Source of the DNA: Eledone cirrhosa
Lineage: Eukaryota
NCBI GenBank assembly: GCA_964016885.1
Contig: OZ024741.1
Location: 129,704,001 to 129,768,000, forward strand
Reading direction: 5' to 3'
DNA: 64,000 nt
Below are positions 58,137 to 64,000 of this stretch, piece by piece. Positions within the stretch are counted from its first letter, which is position 1. Every line of letters starts with the position of its first letter. The notes below the pieces were generated by a model. That model had not been told where the DNA came from, searched no databases, and was given only the letters and a program-made list of their open reading frames with translations. Made by a program: the position numbers and the translations under genes.

Positions 58137-58420
58137 GTTAGGAAATTACAAGTACAATCCTTTAATGGAACAGTAAAAATATGTAAAACATTCCCAAAAT
58201 TCTGCATCTAATATCTGCATATACACTTGTACAGATACAAAGCATATGCACATGCACACATACAACTCAAAACATCCACACCCACACATACAATAACATA
58301 CATACATAATCTACCTAGTTGATGTTGTGTAAATTCCAATGGGAGAGTCTTGTGTCTATGTTAGAAACCGACTCTCTCTCTCTATCGGCAAAAATTCGTG
58401 AAATTATAAAACCAGAAGAA
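58137..58420 (+). mobile_element. R4/Dong family B 3' fragment
   Basis: RKLQVQSFNGTVKICKTFPKFCI plus a 3' UTR homologous to 35342-35640; preceded by tacatacatacataca. Confidence 0.85.
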
Positions 58421-58607
58421 CATACACACATATACTTATATATACTTATCTATATGAATATATTTATATATGTTCATATGTAAACGCATATCAACATTTT
58501 TATACATACTCATATATCTATATCTATATCTATATATGTATACACACTGTATATATACAAATATAACTTTAATTATATCTATAAATAAATATATATGATG
58601 TACGTAT

Positions 58608-58696
<89 letters not shown>

Positions 58697-58762
58697 CTCT
58701 CTCACACATAAATATATTTATGTAAATGTCTGTATATAAATATATATATTTATATATATATA

Positions 58763-58863
58763 CATGGTGTCTCCAAAAAATGTATACACACTTTGATTAC
58801 CTGTACAGGCAATAATTATTAGAATGCTGTAGAAGTATGTATACATTTTTGGGGGACACCCTG
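58763..58863. mobile_element. ~100-bp Tc1/mariner-type MITE
   Basis: TA-catggtgtctccaaaaaatgtataca ... tgtatacatttttgggggacaccctg-TA. Confidence 0.8.
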
Positions 58864-58875
58864 TAAATACATTTT

Positions 58876-58930
<55 letters not shown>

Positions 58931-59289
58931 GATTGGAAGGCCAAACAGTTCCTATAAAATTAAACTTAGTTGTGTTTGAAGTTTGAGAAAACATGGTTTT
59001 TCAAACATGGAAACTCAACAGATCATATATTCACATTTAAATAGGGAAAAGACATAACAGCCTTCAGCATGATTTCAAATAAAGCTGAAGCTATTTCAAA
59101 CTTCGACCATTAAGCAACGCTAAAAAGTTCCATGCATGAAAATACAAGACATCGTTTATACACTGACGAGACTAAAAAAATATCAGAATAAAACTCTATC
59201 TTTAAACTTTATACTTCTTGTTTGGCTTTTCAATCATATACATTTATATATCGACATATTCCATTTAAAACCTGCCTCGAAGTTCAATA

Positions 59290-59336
<47 letters not shown>

Positions 59337-59405
59337 CATATCTATCTATCGCTCTCTATCTGACTATCTCTCTCTGTGTATATTTACAAATATGTATGAA
59401 TGGAT

Positions 59406-59459
<54 letters not shown>

Positions 59460-60229
59460 TCACACACATATGTATATGTAAGTATGCATATGTATATTTC
59501 TCTACACAACTACTGATATTAGTAAATATCTCATGCTTGTACATTCATCATGTAACTACGGTATATCACCCCTACACAAATTGATGTGTATCATTTAGCG
59601 ATGTTGTTGGGGGGAGGGGGGAGGGGGTGTTGCATTTGTAATGTTTTGCAATGGTTGGGTTAATGTTTCCCAAGGTGGTATTGTCGTGGATGTTTGCTTT
59701 GTTTTTTTTGCAGTCAAGCAATATTTTTATTGGTCCTCATACATTCCTCAGAATTTAATATTTTCGACTTGTCCATAATATACACTCTAATTTCCATAAT
59801 ATACACTCTATTTTCCATAATATACACTTGTGTATATATATATGACTTTCGCTATTGTCCAAAACAAAAACTCCTGTATGTTTTCTATGTCTTTCCCAAT
59901 TGTCTATAACTTTGACTGCTGTAATTATGAGTGTATATGTGTGTGTATATGTGTGTGTGTATATATATATGTATGTGTGTGTGTGTATGCATGCATGTTT
60001 GTATGTATGTAGGGATGGATGGATAGTTGGATGGATGCATGCATACATTTATGTATGTTTGTATGTATGTAAGTAGGGATGTGAGCATGTATGTTGATAT
60101 GTATGTATGTATATGTCTGTATGCATGTATGTATGTATGTATGTATATGTATGCATGTATTTTGGTTTGTCTTCATTGTCCATATTATGCAAACTTACAT
60201 GCACATCTTCATTTATTGTTCATTAGCGC

Positions 60230-60285
<56 letters not shown>

Positions 60286-60586
60286 TGTCCACAATATACA
60301 CTCGCACGTGTATGTCATTCTCAATTGTTCATAATATACAACCTCTCTTTACGTATGTCAATCTCTACTTTTCATAATATACACTCGTGTATATTTCTTG
60401 AGTTTCAATTTTATACATCCGTACTTCTATGTACGTATTTGTGTAGAATGCAAGTATGTATGTATGTATGTATGTATGTATGTATGTATGTATGTATGTA
60501 TGTATGTATGTATGTATGTATGTATGTATGTATGTATGTATGTATGTATGTATGTATGCATGCATGTATGTATATATGTTTGTATG

Positions 60587-60628
<42 letters not shown>

Positions 60629-60634
60629 TGTATG

Positions 60635-60774
<140 letters not shown>

Positions 60775-60835
60775 TTTATCCCGGGTTCATTCTCCCGAAT
60801 GAAACAGTTCTAGTCCTGTAGAAACCAATTTCTAT

Positions 60836-60884
<49 letters not shown>

Positions 60885-60891
60885 TTACATA

Positions 60892-60939
<48 letters not shown>

Positions 60940-60946
60940 TTACATA

Positions 60947-61104
<158 letters not shown>

Positions 61105-61865
61105 ATGCGTGTATATATATATGCATATACGTGTAATATGCGTATGTACAAAGAAATCGTTAATTTATCGTTGTTTCTGCCATTGATACAGTTGCTATTG
61201 CTGTAGCCGTTTATTGATGTCAGGTGTTGAAGTATTTCTTTTGATTGTTGTTGGGGCTTTTCATATTCTTGTGTTTCCTTTAAATTGGGAATCTTCTGAA
61301 TCTGCAATGACAATGTCCGTTCCTCTTTTACTTAACACTGATGAGGAAGAAAGGGAGACACCAGATCTGGAAATATATCTTATTAGTTGTGTTCTTGTTC
61401 ACCATTTGTATTTTGATAACTTTTGGTTTTCATTGTTTGTTGATGTTGTTGTTGATGTTATCGTTGAAGTTTCTGGAAGATTCTGAAAACCGAAAGAAAG
61501 AAAGTCATGAGAGTCATCATTCTATATATGTACGTACATGCGTCAATATGTGTTTATCTATAACTCATAACCCTCTCTCTCACTTACTCATTCACTCTCT
61601 CTATCTATATACCTATCTCTCTCTCTATATATATACATACATATATGTGATAAAGGTATATCAGTATAAATACAGAATGTGTAACCGAGACTGCACCAAC
61701 GTGTATAAATATACACACATATCTAATATGCCAGAGAATACGAATTTTCCTGCATAGTCTTTTGTTCTAGAACACATTGAACCAACCAGTTCAGGAATCG
61801 AACTTACGGCCTTCTAGTCAGCAGTGTAACCCCCTAACCATTAGAAAGAGATATACAGATATATA

Positions 61866-62729
61866 CGAGGTGTGTCAGAAAAGTTCCAGGACTGATGTCA
61901 CAAAAGATTTATTTCAAACCCAAACTTCACACTAAGAGTTTTCTCCTTCAAAGTAATCCCCCTGGTGTATGTAACTGTAATCTTAGCTCTCTGCAGCGAT
62001 CACACTTTTTTCTTCATAATTTTATATACATGTCCTCTGTTTCAGGTCGTCAAGCAATGAGCACAGAGCAACGAACAAACTTGAAGTTTCTGGTACGGTT
62101 GGGGAAAACTCCGTCAGAAGCACTGGGATTGCTGCAGCAAGTATACGGAGATGAGACGATGTCACGCTCACGTGTTTCTGAGTGGTGCAAGATGATCCCA
62201 GGAGCGGAAGGCGCTCAACAACTAGGACTGAGGTCAACGTTGAGCGCGTCAGGCAGATGGTGCGTAGCGATCGTCGGCTGACTGTTCGACTGATGGCAAA
62301 TGAGCTTGGCATGAATCGGGACAGCGTCTGGAAGATTCTCACTGAAGATTTGGACATGCGGAAAGTCTGCGCGAAGATGGTGCCAAAACTGCTGAACGAT
62401 GACCAGAAGGGTCGACGCATGCAAGTGTGTCAGGACATCCTCGAGCGTTTTGAAACCGAACCAGATTTGCTAGGGACAGGATCTTCCAGTACGACCCGGA
62501 GGGGACCCGTTTTGAAGACATGGACGACATCAAAAAGGCCGTGACGATGGAACTGCGGAGGATCCCGGAAGAATCCTTCCAGGAGTGCATGCAAGCGTGG
62601 CAGAAAAGGATGAAAAAGTGCATTAGACCCCAGGGGGATTACTTTGAAGGAGAAAACTCTTAGTGTAAAGTTTGGGTTTGAAATAAATATTTTGTGACAT
62701 CAGTCCTGCAACTTCTCTGACACACCTCG
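61866..62729 (+). mobile_element. Internally deleted mariner transposon with ~100-bp TIRs
   Basis: TA target duplication; TIRs 61866-61966 and 62630-62729; MSTEQRTNLKF..LGKT HTH, DDPRSGR, DRRLTVR, KMVPKLL and C-terminal GDYFE; catalytic DDD region absent. Confidence 0.92.
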
Positions 62730-62737
62730 TATGTATC

Positions 62738-62795
62738 AAACCCATGCAAGCGTGGAACATGGACGTTAAACGATGATGATGATGATGATGATGAT
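62738..62795 (+). mobile_element. Retroposon 3' tail ending in (GAT)n
   Basis: acccatgcaagcgtggaacatggacgttaaacgatgatgatgat. Confidence 0.55.
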
Positions 62796-63324
62796 AAATG
62801 AAGAAAAAGGAGGAATGAAGGATAAAATGGTTTTTACAAAGTTCTTAGAAAATCAATTATAGTAAATTATTATTATCACCCCCATACATACAGGTAGACA
62901 TTAATATACACCGGCATACTAACACATACTAACAGTAATACTTACAGTTTCCATGTAATGGTCTCCTCCTCCTCCTGTTTCCTAGTCATTGTGTCTTCTT
63001 CGGTCTAGTTCGTCTCACCTTTGGCTTCTCTTCTGTGTAAACGTCCAGTAATGCATCTGAGGAATGGTTATTTGCTGTCAGAACAGAGAGCGCACTTCGG
63101 TTACCATTGACAGCCATCATTTGTGAGCTTGGCCAGCATTTTACAATCGAAGAATCTGGAGAAGGTTCGAAAAAAAATATATATATAAATATAATATGAA
63201 AGAATGCTTGCTAATATAGGCAGGATTTAAACACAAAATGTAAATAATCATATCAAATACTACAAAGAATTTGTCACACGTATTAACAATTCTCTCAATC
63301 CACTGCCTTTAGTATTATTTCTTT

Positions 63325-63700
63325 TTAACATTGGTACACGACCAGCAAGTTTGGGGAAGGAAAGTTAAATCGACTCCAGTACTTGAATAGTACCTTGTTT
63401 TATCAACTCAGGAAGAATGAAAAGCAAAGTTGAACCCTGCGGGATTTTATGTCAGAGCTTAAAAAGCCAGAACAATTATTGTAATGACATTTTTCCAATG
63501 ATCTAATGATTCTGCTAATCCATCACTCTAAGATTATGGTTTCTAATTTTAGCACAGGGCCAAGTTGTGCGAAAGGGAAAGTTGATTATACACACTCATA
63601 ATTTGACGGGATTTTTAGTTTGTCAACTCCAGAAGAATGAAAGGCAAAGGTGACCTCACGGAGATTCTTTTCAACGGCCTAATGATTCTTCCAATTCCCA
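63325..63700 (-). mobile_element. Two degenerate SINE copies
   Basis: Core gaatgaaaggcaaag-like sequence at ~63415 and ~63635. Confidence 0.6.
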
Positions 63701-63763
63701 ACACTACCGTTATCATCATAATCATAATTCTTAATAAGAATGTATACACACACACACTCTCTT

Positions 63764-63938
<175 letters not shown>

Positions 63939-64000
63939 GCATTCTTCATCCTAATCATAATTATTTCTAAGAATGTACACACACGCTCACACACATACAC

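Overview
This is AT-rich, microsatellite-dense eukaryotic DNA; the SINE content suggests an octopod or other cephalopod (inference). No host protein-coding gene is convincing, and nearly all ORFs in the track are translations of (TA)n, (CA)n, (CATA)n or (AAC)n repeats. The window is mostly transposons: three large Penelope-like elements (RT plus GIY-YIG), two of them multi-kb fold-back palindromes, a near full-length R4/Dong-clade LINE with relatives in (CATA)n, CRE, Ingi/Vingi and RTE fragments, two mariners, Helitron-like elements, MITEs, tRNA-derived SINEs and an 8.6-kb AAC-derived satellite. The main unannotated signal is about 14 type I hammerhead ribozyme (HHR) motifs from about 8 sequence families. 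Five families use different palindromic stem III hexamers and several have long branched stem II inserts. They occur in Penelope pseudo-LTRs, in 350-520 bp hairpin mini-elements and in a 688-nt retrozyme-like unit, mostly beside (TA)n tracts. Everything was read by eye; no folding or database searches were run.
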